Under the pieces are notes generated by a model. The model had not been told where the DNA came from, searched no databases, and saw only the letters and a list, made by a program, of their open reading frames with translations. Of a DNA stretch of 64,000 nucleotides, positions 33,429 through 44,084 are shown piece after piece (the first letter of the stretch is position 1; every line of letters begins with the position of its first letter). Source of the stretch: Nitrospirales bacterium (GTDB lineage: Bacteria > Nitrospirota > Nitrospiria > Nitrospirales > UBA8639). A program made the position numbers and the translations under genes. The stretch covers positions 1,792,001 to 1,856,000 of the forward strand of contig CBDBCZ010000019.1 of NCBI GenBank assembly GCA_965203295.1, written 5' to 3'.

Positions 33429-33620
33429 ATGTTTAAACATCTTTTACGTGTCAATGAGGCTGCCGAAGCACTAAATGTGAGTCGGTGGACAGTCTATCGT
33501 TGGATTGATGAAGGTCGATTGGAGGCTACTAAAATTGGAAAAGGTAGTCTTCGTGTATTCAGTCGGTCAATCATATCGCTGTTAGAACAAAATCGAAAGG
33601 AACAATTTTCCCCTGATTGA
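33429..33620 (+). CDS. Excisionase/MerR-like helix-turn-helix protein, in frame with a leader from 33246
   Basis: LLRVNEAAEALNVSRWTVYRWIDEGRLEATKIG. Confidence 0.85.
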   Translation: MFKHLLRVNEAAEALNVSRWTVYRWIDEGRLEATKIGKGSLRVFSRSIISLLEQNRKEQFSPD

Positions 33621-33772
33621 ACATTTTCCGGATAATCGCTTCAAAGAATTTGTTGCAACCATGAGAAAGGATGAGCAAGATCCACTAGCATTTCCTCTTT
33701 CTGAGAACTACGATGGGTCGCAATGGATAGGGCCGAAACTTTGTGTCCCTTACTCTCACATATGAAAAAGTG

Positions 33773-34078
33773 ATGAGATACAACCCGCTCAAAAGGATTT
33801 TCATTGGAAGCCTGATCCTTTGTTTTGTCTTGGTCAGTACGGCTGTGGCAGGAAGTCTTGCCAAACACGCCATTCACCAAGGCCACGACAAAAACTCTCA
33901 CTCCCAAACATGGTGTGGTTGGATCTGCAAAGCTGGGCAAGCCATTCAAGCCCCCTCACTTGAAGTTGATCCAACCTTTTACCTCATCACCATAGCCGAA
34001 GATGGACTACCCGTTTCCGTCCCCTTGATCTTGACCAATGCCTTTCGGTCTCGCGCTCCCCCCATCCTCTCTTCCTAA
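33773..34078 (+). CDS. DUF2946-like His/Cys leader protein with C-terminal RAPP
   Basis: N-terminal TM/signal, His-rich HAIHQGHDKNSH, CGWIC, C-terminus FRSRAPPILSS*. Confidence 0.75.
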   Translation: MRYNPLKRIFIGSLILCFVLVSTAVAGSLAKHAIHQGHDKNSHSQTWCGWICKAGQAIQAPSLEVDPTFYLITIAEDGLPVSVPLILTNAFRSRAPPILSS

Positions 34079-34364
34079 ATTTCCCTAGCCACATTTTCCA
34101 AAAGTCGATCCATTCAGTCTTTTTCAGAGGCTAAATTGTCTCTTTATAGCAGTTTGACTCTGGCATTAAACGAAAAGGTACGTGGATTTTGTGCCGAATC
34201 GAGCTGGGAACCATACCACCTCGAGATTGGGGAACCAGTGTGGATTCATGATTGACAGGAATTATTCTTAAGGTGCCTTCAATCAGGAACGGGCTATTTT
34301 GACAACCAAGCACATTAAGAATGGAACGCAGGTCCGCAACTGCAGAAGAGGGAGTCATTTGTTC

Positions 34365-35204
34365 ATGATACGTGAGTTCAACGTTTTGTCATACTCCAAG
34401 CACATGACTGCATCCGTGGTGACGGGTCTGGCTATGACCTTAGCTTGGTCTCCAGCCCACGCAGATGAGGTATTCGCCTTAAAGTTAGCTCCCACAGCTT
34501 CTAGCACCCGCATGTGAAAAAAAATTCGCACAGACCAAGAAATCCGTATAGCAGTCGCTGACCATCGGAAATTGGTCCTGAGAAGAGTACCAGGTCAGTT
34601 CATCCCATATGAATCAGAGGAAGACAGAAAAAAGGAATATGTGCACTATATAACGCTGGAAGACCTCACAAATGGGATCATACGAGAAGGAGCCGTGGCA
34701 TTCGATAGAAACCATGCCGCAATTTTTCAAAGGGATTCTTCCGAGGGGATTTCCCGAGGGGAGTTCATTTCCACAATTCCAGTCGAGCAACAAGCAATTG
34801 CAGAAAGAGGGCTGAATACCTTTTTACGTCTTCACCTAGTCTTTAATGCAGCCGTTGAGGCATGCCGCCCCTACCCGAGCAAAGTTATCTACTCCACTGA
34901 TGACGAATTTGACAAGATCGAAAAAGGAAATATCCGGTATCGAGATTTGGTCAAAGCCTTCAATGCCAATCCGGCACCTTCAGTAGAACTCATTTTTTAT
35001 GAAAAAGGAAAACAGGGAGGGTTTTTCGACCCTCATGTTAATACAAAAAATGTCAGTTACCATGCCATAAACCCGTTACATTTTTATGTCTTTGAAGCAT
35101 TCTTTCATAAAAAGCAGGTGAACAAGGCAAAGGTGGAAAGTTCCCTGCCTCAAAATCTCGTTGTCGACGAACACAACGGATTTGAGTCTTCTGTAACCCA
35201 ATGA
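34365..35204 (+). pseudogene. Unknown secreted protein with an in-frame TGA
   Basis: RBS GAGGGAG; signal peptide ending AWSPAHA-DE; TGA at 34515-17 is in frame with ORF 34572..35204. Confidence 0.6.
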
Positions 35205-35366
35205 TTGTGAATTTTTAAATGGCCCTTCGACGAGCCTTTAGTTTAGGAGAATCGATGGAAAACTCCTCTTAGAGCAACAAAACTATATGGCAGGAAGAAG
35301 CAAATTATTCCAGAGACTTAAAAATGCAAGAAACCCTCGGCACCACTCGTTATGAGTGGGGATCCA

Positions 35367-35825
35367 TCAAGGCGTCCCATGGGAAACTTGTGAGAAAAAT
35401 AGCCCGCGATTGATATCCCCAATACTGATCATCCCTACAAGTTTGCCATTTCCCACGACAGGAATTCGTCGAAAGTGTTTTAATCCCATATAGGAAGCAA
35501 CTTCAAGAATAGGATCATCCGGAGAAACGGTCAGGGGATTCTTACTCATCACTTCTTCCACGTTCTTCTTTAAAACATCTGAATAGCCTTCTTCCATAGA
35601 GACAAAGTCCCGACTATGGACACTGTCGTGAATGTATTCCCCATAATTGGGGTATAAGGGAAGCATCACATCCCGAACCGCAACTAATCCAACCAATTTT
35701 CCGCTATCATCAACCACAGGTATGGCACCACAATGACGGGCCACCATTTTCAACACGACAGATCTCACAGTATCTGTTTCCTTGACAGTCACCACTCCCG
35801 TCGACATCACATCACGTACAAGCAT
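35367..35825 (-). CDS. CBS-domain pair protein
   Basis: VRDVMS...AIPVVDDSGKLVGLV; VEEVMS...RIPVV..GKLVGMISIGDI. Confidence 0.92.
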   Translation of the reverse strand: MLVRDVMSTGVVTVKETDTVRSVVLKMVARHCGAIPVVDDSGKLVGLVAVRDVMLPLYPNYGEYIHDSVHSRDFVSMEEGYSDVLKKNVEEVMSKNPLTVSPDDPILEVASYMGLKHFRRIPVVGNGKLVGMISIGDINRGLFFSQVSHGTP

Positions 35826-35975
35826 AAACCCTCCTTTCTGTGTATAAACTAGCCATTTTTTCGGATAACTCGCGTTGGCTTCCTATTACCAATGCTCTGA
35901 CTATTAATGACATTGGAGAGATTCTCCAATACCATTCAAGATTCCTCTCATTTCCTGAAATCGTCTATGTATGCT

Positions 35976-36939
35976 TTAGAGTTTCCCATGAAAAACCAAG
36001 GTATCCGAATGAAAAGCGTACCAAGCAAACCAATAGGCCATCACAGATGGAATCAGGTTCCCCTTTGTATTGACCACAACTGCACTCTGAGCCTTGTGGT
36101 TATACTGGACGACAACATTATACCCGTTCACATTGTCCTTTAGGGAGCTTTTTTGCTTCTTCAGCTCTGAAAAAGGATAGGCCTTAAAAACCCCCTCTAG
36201 TTCTACTCCTACAACCCATTCCTTCGGATGAAAACGACCGTCCGACTTTCGGGTCGAGAACATGAGATCAGCCCGCTGAGCATAACCAAGGTAAGGATCT
36301 CGATCATAATCTCGGTGATACCAGGTTTTATCGGAAAGAACAAGACTTTGCGGATGATTCTTTTTCCAATCACCCCACGTCGTATGCTCCAGAAAAAGAT
36401 GATGGAGTGTATCCCCTGTCATGGGACCCGCAACAGCTTCCATAGCAATTTGAGACCAAAGACTCTCCGTCTGGTGGTCATACATCAACAGATCGCTCTG
36501 ATAAAGGAGACGAGAGACACCAAATGTTACTTTTTCACCATTAACCATACCTATGAAGCCAATCCCCGTCCCACAAAGTGGGCAATAAGTCACGACAATA
36601 GGCTCTCCCTTTACCGTGTCATTCACAATCTCATGCCAATTCAAGATTTTGATAGGATAAACTTTTGTTTCGTTACCTTTCTTCATATCTAAAACCCGAT
36701 CTTCATCCACTAAAAACGTCGCCTCAGAGGCAGGAATAAATACTGGCGTTAAAAGGGCTGGGATACCATCTCTCGGCGGCCCACCTGGAAAGATCTCTTC
36801 GAGGGGTATGTTGTGTTCGGATACATCAAAGCCAATTGAAGCTGAATACGAAGACTAAACACAGCATACCCCCAGCCGTAATGGATCCAAGCCAAATGCA
36901 GACTTGATGAAGAGCCTTGTTTCGAAAAATGGTAATCAT
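35976..36939 (-). pseudogene. DUF3179 family protein, frameshifted after the N-terminal TM
   Basis: GGPPRDGIPAL, WHEIVND, TYCPLCGTG, LMYDHQTESLWSQ, YWFAWYAFH; frameshift near 36835. Confidence 0.8.
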
Positions 36940-36956
36940 CTTGTGATTTATCACCT

Positions 36957-38085
36957 ATGAACCTTTCTGCTATTCTATTCAATCAAATGATCAAGAAAAT
37001 CAGAAAGTTAAGTCTTTTCTCGCAGAACTGGCTATTGATCTGTTGGCTTCTGTCCCTCTCAACTGCAACGTTTGCCCAGGACACTGGGCCTAAAATCCTA
37101 TCTCGTAAACACTACCGCCCTGAATTAACCACTGCACAGAACATTTTCATTCAAGCTCGAGCCTATGATGGACCCGTGCAGGTTGATGCGACTCCTATTC
37201 TCGACATTATGACTCGCCGGATGGAAAATTTCGGGTATACCGTTTTTACGGACTTCCCTTATCAACGGGATGCAGAAGTGCAGATTGTCTGCACCGAGCC
37301 GAAAAACTCTTTCCCTCAGATCGAAAGCGTGGAAAGTTCGAATAACGACACAGTCCCTCCACCCTGCGCACTCCATTTATTTCTTTAAAGGACAAAAAGA
37401 AGAATGGCAACGCATTGACCGCATCGTGTTCAACAAGGGAGTGCACGCAACCCAGCGCGCTCAAGTGCACACTCATGGTCATAGTCTTTTGGCATTCTCA
37501 ATTCGTTACCTTGAAGAATACGATTTTCCGCTCCTGCTCACAGCAGAATGGTTTCAGGTTGCACGCCTTTCGACTCATCTGGATGATCCAAACACACCAT
37601 TACCTCGCAAATTAAAGATCATTGACATGCTTGGGGAGATTCTTGGGGAAGCTGCCTATCCTTGTCTCATCGATGCCCTCCAGCAAGATGAATTGAAAAA
37701 AAGAGCAACCTATTCCTTAGGGTTTTTTGGGAAAAAAGCTCAGCCTCATCTCGTCAGTTTGCTCAAAGATGATCAGGATATCGAGGTCCAGGCCACTGCA
37801 GCCCAAAGCCTAGGACAAATTGGAGGCATGACAGGTGATACAAGTTTAACCCCTTTGATGCTCGACAGGCTCACAACCCCTGGTGTTGATATGAGAGTGC
37901 AAACCGAAATTGTGTGGGCATTGGGAAAGGCACCAGATTTTCGAGCCTTTCCGGTCTTGGAAGAACTCTATCATAGGGTCTGGAATATCCGGTCAAACGA
38001 CCCTGAGTTACAACGGCTTCGTGAAGCCGTAGATTGGAGTATTCGAGAGGTTCGACAAGGCGGGCATACCGATGATTATGAGTAA
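36957..38085 (+). pseudogene. Secreted HEAT-repeat protein, frameshifted
   Basis: Signal peptide in ORF 36957; HEAT-like repeats (VQATAAQSLGQIG, VQTEIVWALGK) in ORF 37270; frame switch near 37375. Confidence 0.7.
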
Positions 38086-38199
38086 GTTCTTTAAGAGGCG
38101 TCATGCTCGACCAGAAAAACCTTGGTTTCCTTTCAAAAATATGGCATGGTGGTGACCGACAAAGGAATTCTAGCGACTTATAGATAAGAGAGTCATATC

Positions 38200-38679
38200 A
38201 TGCAATGGTGGCACTGGGCCCTCGCTGGCTTGGGATTAATAGGATTAGAAATTCTCACACTCGGTGGATTGGGGAATTTTTATTTCCTGTTTTTCGGAAT
38301 AGCCGCCCTGTTGGTCAGTATACTGGTATGGCTTGGTCTCACCGATCCAGTGTGGCTTCAATGGATATTATTCGCTGTGTTCGGGATTGCCACACTTTTT
38401 GTGTTACGAAAACCACTCCAGAAGAAGATTCCCGCCAAGATAAAGAAAAAGGAAGCCGACCTCGTCGATTCCCTCGTAGGGCAAGTGGCCACCCTCTTGG
38501 AAGACCTTCCGGCTCAGGCCGCAGGAAAAGCGGAATTGCATGGCTCAACGTGGACTGTCCGAAACGCCGGGGAGACACCCCTTGTGAGAGGGCAGCGAAG
38601 TCAAGTCATTCGGGTTGATGGACTGACGCTGTGGATTCAAGCTGAGCCCCCAATAAAGGAGGAACAACATGTCGGGTGA
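38200..38679 (+). CDS. NfeD/YbbJ family protein
   Basis: WWHW..LEIL TM region, then OB-fold GKAELHGSTW...VDGLTL. Confidence 0.88.
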   Translation: MQWWHWALAGLGLIGLEILTLGGLGNFYFLFFGIAALLVSILVWLGLTDPVWLQWILFAVFGIATLFVLRKPLQKKIPAKIKKKEADLVDSLVGQVATLLEDLPAQAAGKAELHGSTWTVRNAGETPLVRGQRSQVIRVDGLTLWIQAEPPIKEEQHVG

Positions 38680-39604
38680 ATTAATTGTTGGGATCATGTT
38701 CACCTTTCTGGCGTTTATTATCCTAGCCAAAACTGCTGTCATTGTCCCCCAACAGACAGCCTACGTGGTTGAGCGCCTGGGCAAATATTCCTCAACCCTC
38801 CATGCAGGATTCCACCTCTTGATTCCATTTTTTGACGTCGCCAGGTACAAACATACGCTCAAAGAAGTGGCGGTGGATGTCCCCGAGCAGATTTGCATTA
38901 CCAGGGACAACGTCCAAGTCTCGATAGACGGAATACTCTATATAAAAGTGCTCGATCCGGAACGAGCCTCTTATGGTATCACCAACTATCAATTTGCCAT
39001 TTCTCAACTGGCCCAAACTACCCTCCGAAGTGAAATCGGCAAAATTGATTTAGACCGAACGTTCGAAGAGCGAACGAACATTAACATTCAGGTGGTCAAC
39101 GAATTGGATAAAGCCTCAGACCCGTGGGGCATTAAAGTCTTGCGCTATGAAATCCGGAATATCACTCCCCCACAGGACGTCTTGAACGCCATGGAAAAAC
39201 AGATGCGCGCAGAACGAGAAAAACGAGCCGTCATCCTGAATTCAGAGGGAGAGCGAGACGCCGTCATTAACACAGCCGAAGGGGACAAACAACAAGTAAT
39301 CAAGGCTTCAGAGGCCAAGAAACAGCAGCAGATCAACGAAGCTGAAGGACAGGCCGCTGCGATTCTCGCCATAGCCAATGCGACCGCGGAAGGCATTCGA
39401 AAAGTGGCTGACTCTATTCAAGTAGCTGGAGGTTACGAAGCCGTTCAGCTTCGTGTAGCGGAACAGTACATTACCGAGTTCGGGGAACTAGCCAAGGCCA
39501 GTAACACGCTCGTTCTTCCAGCCAGCGTTTCAGACGTGGGTTCAATGATTGCGCTAGCCATGAATGTCATCAAGCAAAAACCTGGACCAGCGACACCTAC
39601 GTAA
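38669..39604 (+). CDS. SPFH/stomatin-like (paraslipin, QmcA) protein
   Basis: VVERLGKY, ITRDNV, LAQTTLRSEIG, AMEKQMRAEREKRA. Confidence 0.93.
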   Translation: MSGELIVGIMFTFLAFIILAKTAVIVPQQTAYVVERLGKYSSTLHAGFHLLIPFFDVARYKHTLKEVAVDVPEQICITRDNVQVSIDGILYIKVLDPERASYGITNYQFAISQLAQTTLRSEIGKIDLDRTFEERTNINIQVVNELDKASDPWGIKVLRYEIRNITPPQDVLNAMEKQMRAEREKRAVILNSEGERDAVINTAEGDKQQVIKASEAKKQQQINEAEGQAAAILAIANATAEGIRKVADSIQVAGGYEAVQLRVAEQYITEFGELAKASNTLVLPASVSDVGSMIALAMNVIKQKPGPATPT

Positions 39605-39633
39605 GAACCGGGCTCTCTTTGCAGACCGATGCC

Positions 39634-39927
39634 CTATTCTGACCAGGATTTCCGTTCAGAGTGACCCAAATCTTTATCAGGCGCCACGCAGTCTCGAATT
39701 AATTGTTTTAATTCTTTGGATTCAGGAAACCTTCCTTGAGCAGCCCTTGAGAAGACGATCTCTCCCTGAACCCGAACATCAAATACCACGCCTGCTCCCG
39801 GAACTAACGCAACCTCGCCTAATTCACCCTCAAAAGTAGTGAGTAATTCCTGCGCCATCCACGCAGCACGCAACAGCCACCGGCATTGCGTGCAGTATTC
39901 AATCTCAACTCAAGGCAGACCTTTCAT
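39634..39927 (-). pseudogene. Rdx (SelT/SelW/SelH) family protein with an early nonsense codon
   Basis: MKGLP*VEIEYCTQCRWLLRAAWMAQELL...FPESKELKQ...KDLGHS; TGA at 39910-12. Confidence 0.85.
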
Positions 39928-39957
39928 AAGGAAACGCCTGGGACTGTAGACTCGACC

Positions 39958-40114
39958 TCAATCTCCATAATGCGTTCTTGCCCGTTCGATATAGACTTTC
40001 TTGGTCAATACCTCCGTCAGGAGGTTTCTCGGTGTGATCTTCAGTTTGGGGGAAAGCGTGTCGATGTCTTTTTTGACTTGGCGCGTAATGGAATCGTGTA
40101 AGCCTTCTTCTCAT
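39958..40114 (-). pseudogene. RelE/YoeB-type toxin remnant
   Basis: Start overlaps the antitoxin stop; an alternative frame gives KDIDTLSPKLK..LLTEVL joined directly to VYIERARTHYGD*. Confidence 0.65.
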
Positions 40115-40356
40115 TCACCAAAGATCTCTTTCATGGAATAGGTCTGCCTTTTCTTAATCTCTTGCTTAGCTTTTCTGACACCTTTCAACGCCCCAGGTGT
40201 CGACAGCAATTCCAGAGTTTCGAGCAAACTTTCGTAGTCGTCTTCAGACAAAACGATCACTACGCCCTGCTTTGAGGTCACACGAAATTGTTTGCATCCC
40301 CTCACGGCTGACTTAATGAGATCGCTTTTTGCTTGAGTCGCTGTTAACGTTTTCAT
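40111..40356 (-). CDS. Phd/YefM family antitoxin
   Basis: MKTLTATQAK...VIVLSEDDYESLLETLELLSTPG. Confidence 0.85.
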   Translation of the reverse strand: MKTLTATQAKSDLIKSAVRGCKQFRVTSKQGVVIVLSEDDYESLLETLELLSTPGALKGVRKAKQEIKKRQTYSMKEIFGE

Positions 40357-40385
40357 TATCGAGTAAAACCATTCAACTGGCTAAC

Positions 40386-42875
40386 TTACAAAGCAACTTT
40401 CCTAAGTCGCAGTGCATTCGTAATAACTGACACTGAGCTAAACGTCATGGCGACACTAGCAAAGATGGGGCTAAGCAGAATACCGAACCATGGATAGAGG
40501 ATACCGGCCGCGACAGGAACACCAAGTGCATTATACAGAAAGGCAAAAAAGAGGTTCTGTCGAATATTGCCCATGGTGGCTTGACTTAACTTTCTGGCGC
40601 GCACGATTCCACGCAAATCCCCTCGCACAAGAGTCACAGCCGCACTTTCCATGGCGACATCGGTTCCTGTTCCCATAGCGATACCGACGTCAGCTTGTGC
40701 TAAGGCAGGCGCATCATTGATGCCATCCCCAGCCATGGCCACGACATAGCCCTTTTCTTGAAGTCGTTTGATCTCTTTACCCTTATGATCCGGTAGCAAT
40801 TCCGGGATGACTTCCTGAATGCCCAGTTTTTTGGCCACAACCTCTGCTGTGAATCGGTTGTCACCAGTGAGCATTACGAGCCGGATATTGGCTTCACGTA
40901 ATTTATCCAGAGCCTCTGGGGTAGAAGCCTTGATGGGATCAATCACTCCCAGAATTCCCGCCAGCTTCCTTTCAACAGTGACAAACATCACGGTCTGTCC
41001 CTCCCGACGCAGAGCCAGCGCCCTCTGATTCCCTTGCGCCAAATCAGCTGGTTGAATGGTCAGCTCTTGAAGGAAGGCTTCCGTTCCAGTCGCCACTTCT
41101 CGTCCATTTACGACTCCCTGCACACCTTTTCCTAATAGAACCTGAAAATGCTCAGCCTTGAACACTTCCAAGTTCCATTCATGAGCCTTCGATACGATGG
41201 CTGAAGCCAGAGGGTGCTCACTCCCCTGCTCCAAACTCGCAGCTAACTGAAGAAGCTCGGACTCGCTGATCCCTGAAAGAGACTCCACAACTTGAACCTT
41301 TGGCTTACCTTCGGTCAACGTGCCGGTTTTATCAACAACAACCGTATCAATCTTTTCTAGTCGTTCGAGGGATTCAGCATTTCTAATGAGAACCCCTTCA
41401 GTAGCTCCACGACCCGTCCCAACCATAATGGACATTGGCGTGGCCAGACCAAGAGCACAGGGGCAGGCAATGATTAGCACAGCCACCGCATTCACCAAGG
41501 CATACACCATCTTTGGCTCTGGTCCGACCACCCCCCAAATGACAGATGTGATCACGGCCGTTAAGACAACAGCCGGCACAAAATAGCCAGAGACAACATC
41601 GGCCAGTCGTTGAATTGGTGCCCGGCTGCGTTGTGCTTCGCTCACCATATGGACGATTCGAGCCAGAAGGGTTTCTCTCCCCACATGCTCTGCCTTCATC
41701 AGAAAGCTTCCCATGCCATTGATAGTGCCTCCGCTCACTTGTTCACCTACCATTTTTTCTACAGGGATTGATTCTCCTGTGAGCATAGATTCATCTACGC
41801 TGCTTTGGCCCTCGAGGATGACTCCATCCACCGGAATTTTTTCACCAGGACGAACACGAAGCCGATCACCGACTTTTACATGGTCCAAAGGAATATCTTT
41901 TTCGGTTCCATCTTGGAAGACCAGACGAGCTTCCTTCGGCGCAAGACCTAACAGCGCTTTCATTGCACTTGTGGTTTGGCTTCGTGCCCGTAGCTCCAAG
42001 ATTTGCCCAAGCGCTACTAACACCAGGATCACTGCAGCCGCCTCAAAATACACGGGCACGTCACCCGCAGCGCTGCGAAATGATTCTGGGAATATTCCAG
42101 GCGCGACTGTCGCAACCGTACTATAGAGGTAAGCTGTTCCCGTTCCCATGGCAATAAGCGTAAACATGTTCAAACTACGATTAACCAGAGAAGCCCATCC
42201 ACGTTGAAAAAACGGCCATCCGACCCACAACACAACTGGAGTCGCCAATGCCCATTCAGCTAATGCACGTGACCGGCTTGATAAAAATCCTTGAAAGAGC
42301 TGTCCGGGAATCATCTCACCCATAGCCAAAATCACCACTGGAATGGCCAAGATCAGTCCGATCCAAAACCTGCGATTCATATCAACTAATTCAGGATTGT
42401 TCTCTTCCTCTACGGAAATAGTCTGTGGTTCTAACGCCATCCCGCACTTAGGGCATGACCCAGGTTGATCTTGCACGACTTCGGGATGCATCGGGCATAC
42501 GTATTGGGTTTTCGTCGTAGGAAGAACACCCAACTCTGGTTCCAGAGCCATGCCGCACATAGGACAGGCGCTGGGTGTGTCGCTTTCGACCTCTGGACAC
42601 ATGGGGCAGATATACTTACTTGCGCCGGGAGTAGGCTCTGGTTCCATAGTTTGCTGATATTTGCCGGCCAAGTATCCATCAGGATCAGCACTAAATCGCT
42701 TCACACAATGCTCGCTGCAAAAGAAATACGTCTTCCCGCTATGGTCCATTTTTCCTGCCGCTTGGAGGGGATCGACCGTCATCCCACACACGGGATCCGT
42801 GACTTCTTCCACCTTCGCCATCATCAAATTCCTGCGCTTGGGCTTATCTTTTGTTTTGTTCTGTTGATCTTCCAC
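40386..42875 (-). CDS. copA: Cu(I)-translocating P1B-ATPase with YHS and two heavy-metal-binding domains
   Basis: [52 protein letters not shown] and MTFSS. Confidence 0.95.
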   Translation of the reverse strand: MEDQQNKTKDKPKRRNLMMAKVEEVTDPVCGMTVDPLQAAGKMDHSGKTYFFCSEHCVKRFSADPDGYLAGKYQQTMEPEPTPGASKYICPMCPEVESDTPSACPMCGMALEPELGVLPTTKTQYVCPMHPEVVQDQPGSCPKCGMALEPQTISVEEENNPELVDMNRRFWIGLILAIPVVILAMGEMIPGQLFQGFLSSRSRALAEWALATPVVLWVGWPFFQRGWASLVNRSLNMFTLIAMGTGTAYLYSTVATVAPGIFPESFRSAAGDVPVYFEAAAVILVLVALGQILELRARSQTTSAMKALLGLAPKEARLVFQDGTEKDIPLDHVKVGDRLRVRPGEKIPVDGVILEGQSSVDESMLTGESIPVEKMVGEQVSGGTINGMGSFLMKAEHVGRETLLARIVHMVSEAQRSRAPIQRLADVVSGYFVPAVVLTAVITSVIWGVVGPEPKMVYALVNAVAVLIIACPCALGLATPMSIMVGTGRGATEGVLIRNAESLERLEKIDTVVVDKTGTLTEGKPKVQVVESLSGISESELLQLAASLEQGSEHPLASAIVSKAHEWNLEVFKAEHFQVLLGKGVQGVVNGREVATGTEAFLQELTIQPADLAQGNQRALALRREGQTVMFVTVERKLAGILGVIDPIKASTPEALDKLREANIRLVMLTGDNRFTAEVVAKKLGIQEVIPELLPDHKGKEIKRLQEKGYVVAMAGDGINDAPALAQADVGIAMGTGTDVAMESAAVTLVRGDLRGIVRARKLSQATMGNIRQNLFFAFLYNALGVPVAAGILYPWFGILLSPIFASVAMTFSSVSVITNALRLRKVAL

Positions 42876-43257
42876 TATGACAACCTTAAAAAGGTAAATA
42901 CGTGATCATTCCAGACATCATCATTTTATCATCTCTGGCAACCCTATTTGGCGAACAGGAATTTCCTATCCTAGAATCTCAGCAAAATGCTCCAGACTCT
43001 TAACAGACGACCTTCGATTTGATTTGGTCTAATACCCTCTCACGTTCCTACTGAAAAAAGCACGCATTTGATCAATACATGTCTATTATTTTCTATTTGT
43101 ATACTCCGACACTACCGAATACAATAGCTGCTGCCCAGCAACATTCCTTGTTTGGCTAGGAGCTAAGAACGACAACATTCAACAGACTGAAAGAGTCTCA
43201 CCCCATGAAAAAGAACTCAAGACGAGACACCTTTAATCTGGAGAATCAAATCCTTCC

Positions 43258-43968
43258 ATGTTGAGTTTGCTAGGTCTTGGTTTTTTAATCGGCATGCGGC
43301 ACGCCTTTGAAGCTGATCATGCAGCTGCCGTGGCAACCCTCGCGACAAAAAGTCCATCGATTGCCCATACAGTAAAACAGGGCGTGGTTTGGGGAATTGG
43401 TCACAGTCTGACCCTGTTGGGGTTTTGCTCAATGGTCTTTTTGATGGAAGCCGTGATTCCGGAATATCTCGCCCATGGATTGGAATTGGCTGTAGGGATC
43501 ATGTTGGTGGGATTAGGGCTCGATGTATGGCGGAAATTGGTGAAGGAACGGATGCATTTCCACTTTCACCAACAACACGAGAGCCAAACTCCCCACTTTC
43601 ATATTCATTCCCACCTAGGGGATGTTGAGCATTCCTATTCAACGCATCAGCACTCACACCAGGAAGGCTTTCCGTTTCGAGCACTCCTTGTAGGATTTAT
43701 GCATGGCACGGCTGGCTCAGCGGCCCTCATCCTTCTAACCCTTCACACCACACTCTCCCCCATGATGGGATTCGTCTACATTGTTCTCTTTGGCCTCGGG
43801 TCGATTGTAGGGATGGCAGTCCTTTCTCTCGTGATTGCTCTTCCTCTCCGGTATTCGGTCCGCTCCCTGACCTGGCTCCATCAAGTGCTTCAAGGAACCA
43901 TCGGAGGAGCCACCATCATATTGGGTGTCACGTTGATCTATACCATGGGCCCCAAATTCCTAGGATAG
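43258..43968 (+). CDS. UreH/HupE/NiCoT-like His-rich nickel/cobalt transporter
   Basis: GMRHAFEADH, WGIGHS, His-rich loop, GFMHGTAGSA. Confidence 0.85.
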   Translation: MLSLLGLGFLIGMRHAFEADHAAAVATLATKSPSIAHTVKQGVVWGIGHSLTLLGFCSMVFLMEAVIPEYLAHGLELAVGIMLVGLGLDVWRKLVKERMHFHFHQQHESQTPHFHIHSHLGDVEHSYSTHQHSHQEGFPFRALLVGFMHGTAGSAALILLTLHTTLSPMMGFVYIVLFGLGSIVGMAVLSLVIALPLRYSVRSLTWLHQVLQGTIGGATIILGVTLIYTMGPKFLG

Positions 43969-44084
43969 CCCAAATTTCAAGAAATTTCAGTTTTTCCCCT
44001 AGCAAATCCTTTACCCTGCATTGTGGCAGAAGGCCTCGTAGTTTCGATACAATAATAAAGTCATTCCTGAAGGACAGCCTATCT

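Noticed and set aside
33429..33620. Excisionase as evidence of a prophage or ICE
   Set aside because: No integrase, att-like repeats, tRNA or phage genes nearby
39910..39912. In-frame TGA in a SelW-like gene read as selenocysteine
   Set aside because: The TGA is at codon 6, not at the CxxC/U position (which is TGC); a CGA to TGA nonsense change is simpler
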